DNA from: a virus
Lineage: Duplodnaviria > Caudoviricetes
Length of the DNA stretch: 24,519 nt
Virus record (IMG/VR): IMGVR_UViG_3300014885_000014
Coordinates: 1 to 24,519 of that record
Direction: 5' to 3' (one strand)
Position 1 is the stretch's first letter. Every line of letters starts with the position of its first letter. This document shows positions 24,244 through 24,519 of the stretch, piece by piece. Made by a program: the position numbers and the translations under genes. The notes under the pieces were generated by a model. That model was not told where the DNA came from. It searched no databases and saw only the letters and a list, made by a program, of their open reading frames with translations.

Positions 24244-24519
24244 CCGGTTTCGTGAAGGCGAGCGGGCGCGACATGTATCACCGGGAAAACCGGTTTCTTC
24301 GAACCTGGGGCGGCGGACGGACTACGACGAACACGATCGAGGACGACGGCTTCGTCGACGTCGAAGGCGCCGGGTTAATTCCAATGGAAAAACCATGGAT
24401 CTTCGACTTCATCACGCGCCCGGTTTCGCGCGCGAAGCTGTTGTCGTCGGTCGCGCCGGCTTGGGTTCGGATCCCTGGTCCGTCCGACTATGTCGTCACA
24501 TGGCGAGGCGAAGGCGGAC
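24240..24519 (+). CDS. Hypothetical protein (3'-truncated by window edge)
   Basis: ATGA overlap with the initiator stop; frame MTGFVKASGRDMYHRENRFLRTWGG... is open to the end. Confidence 0.65.
   Translation, partial: MTGFVKASGRDMYHRENRFLRTWGGGRTTTNTIEDDGFVDVEGAGLIPMEKPWIFDFITRPVSRAKLLSSVAPAWVRIPGPSDYVVTWRGEGG

Noticed and set aside
1-24519. CRISPR array, tRNA, rRNA, IS element or known defence operon
   Set aside because: No spaced repeats, cloverleaf, transposase or recognisable defence-gene motifs seen; non-coding space is limited to three short gaps.

Overview
GC-rich, gene-dense fragment of a tailed dsDNA phage or prophage, probably of an alphaproteobacterial host (inferred from the RcGTA-like tail module and the DUF1376 and GapR-like genes). 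It has three blocks. (1) 1-11544 (+), late genes: end of the tape measure gene, a GTA-type tail tip (DUF2460, DUF2163 hub, NlpC/P60, Phage-tail_3), two receptor-binding candidates and a seven-gene lysis region. (2) 16574-11541 (-), a complete, tightly coupled leftward operon: small membrane protein, hypotheticals, coiled-coil protein, Bet/RecT annealase, J-domain protein and HNH. (3) 16635-end (+): Cro-like HTH, GapR-like protein, RuvC-like resolvase, a promoter/terminator-bounded cassette of small genes, DnaB, an RHH protein and a DUF1376 initiator with an internal origin-like segment. No integrase, CI repressor, tRNA, CRISPR or transposase is recognisable. The most unusual observations are: a glycine-rich adhesin-type domain fused to the N-terminus of the baseplate hub; a 12-bp motif (TTTNCAAGTTTA) in all three sizeable intergenic regions; strong depletion of GGAG/CTCC and GCAG/CTGC; a GapR-like protein with a histone H1-like tail; and two unannotated paralog pairs. 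All family assignments come from recognising motifs by eye, not from database searches.
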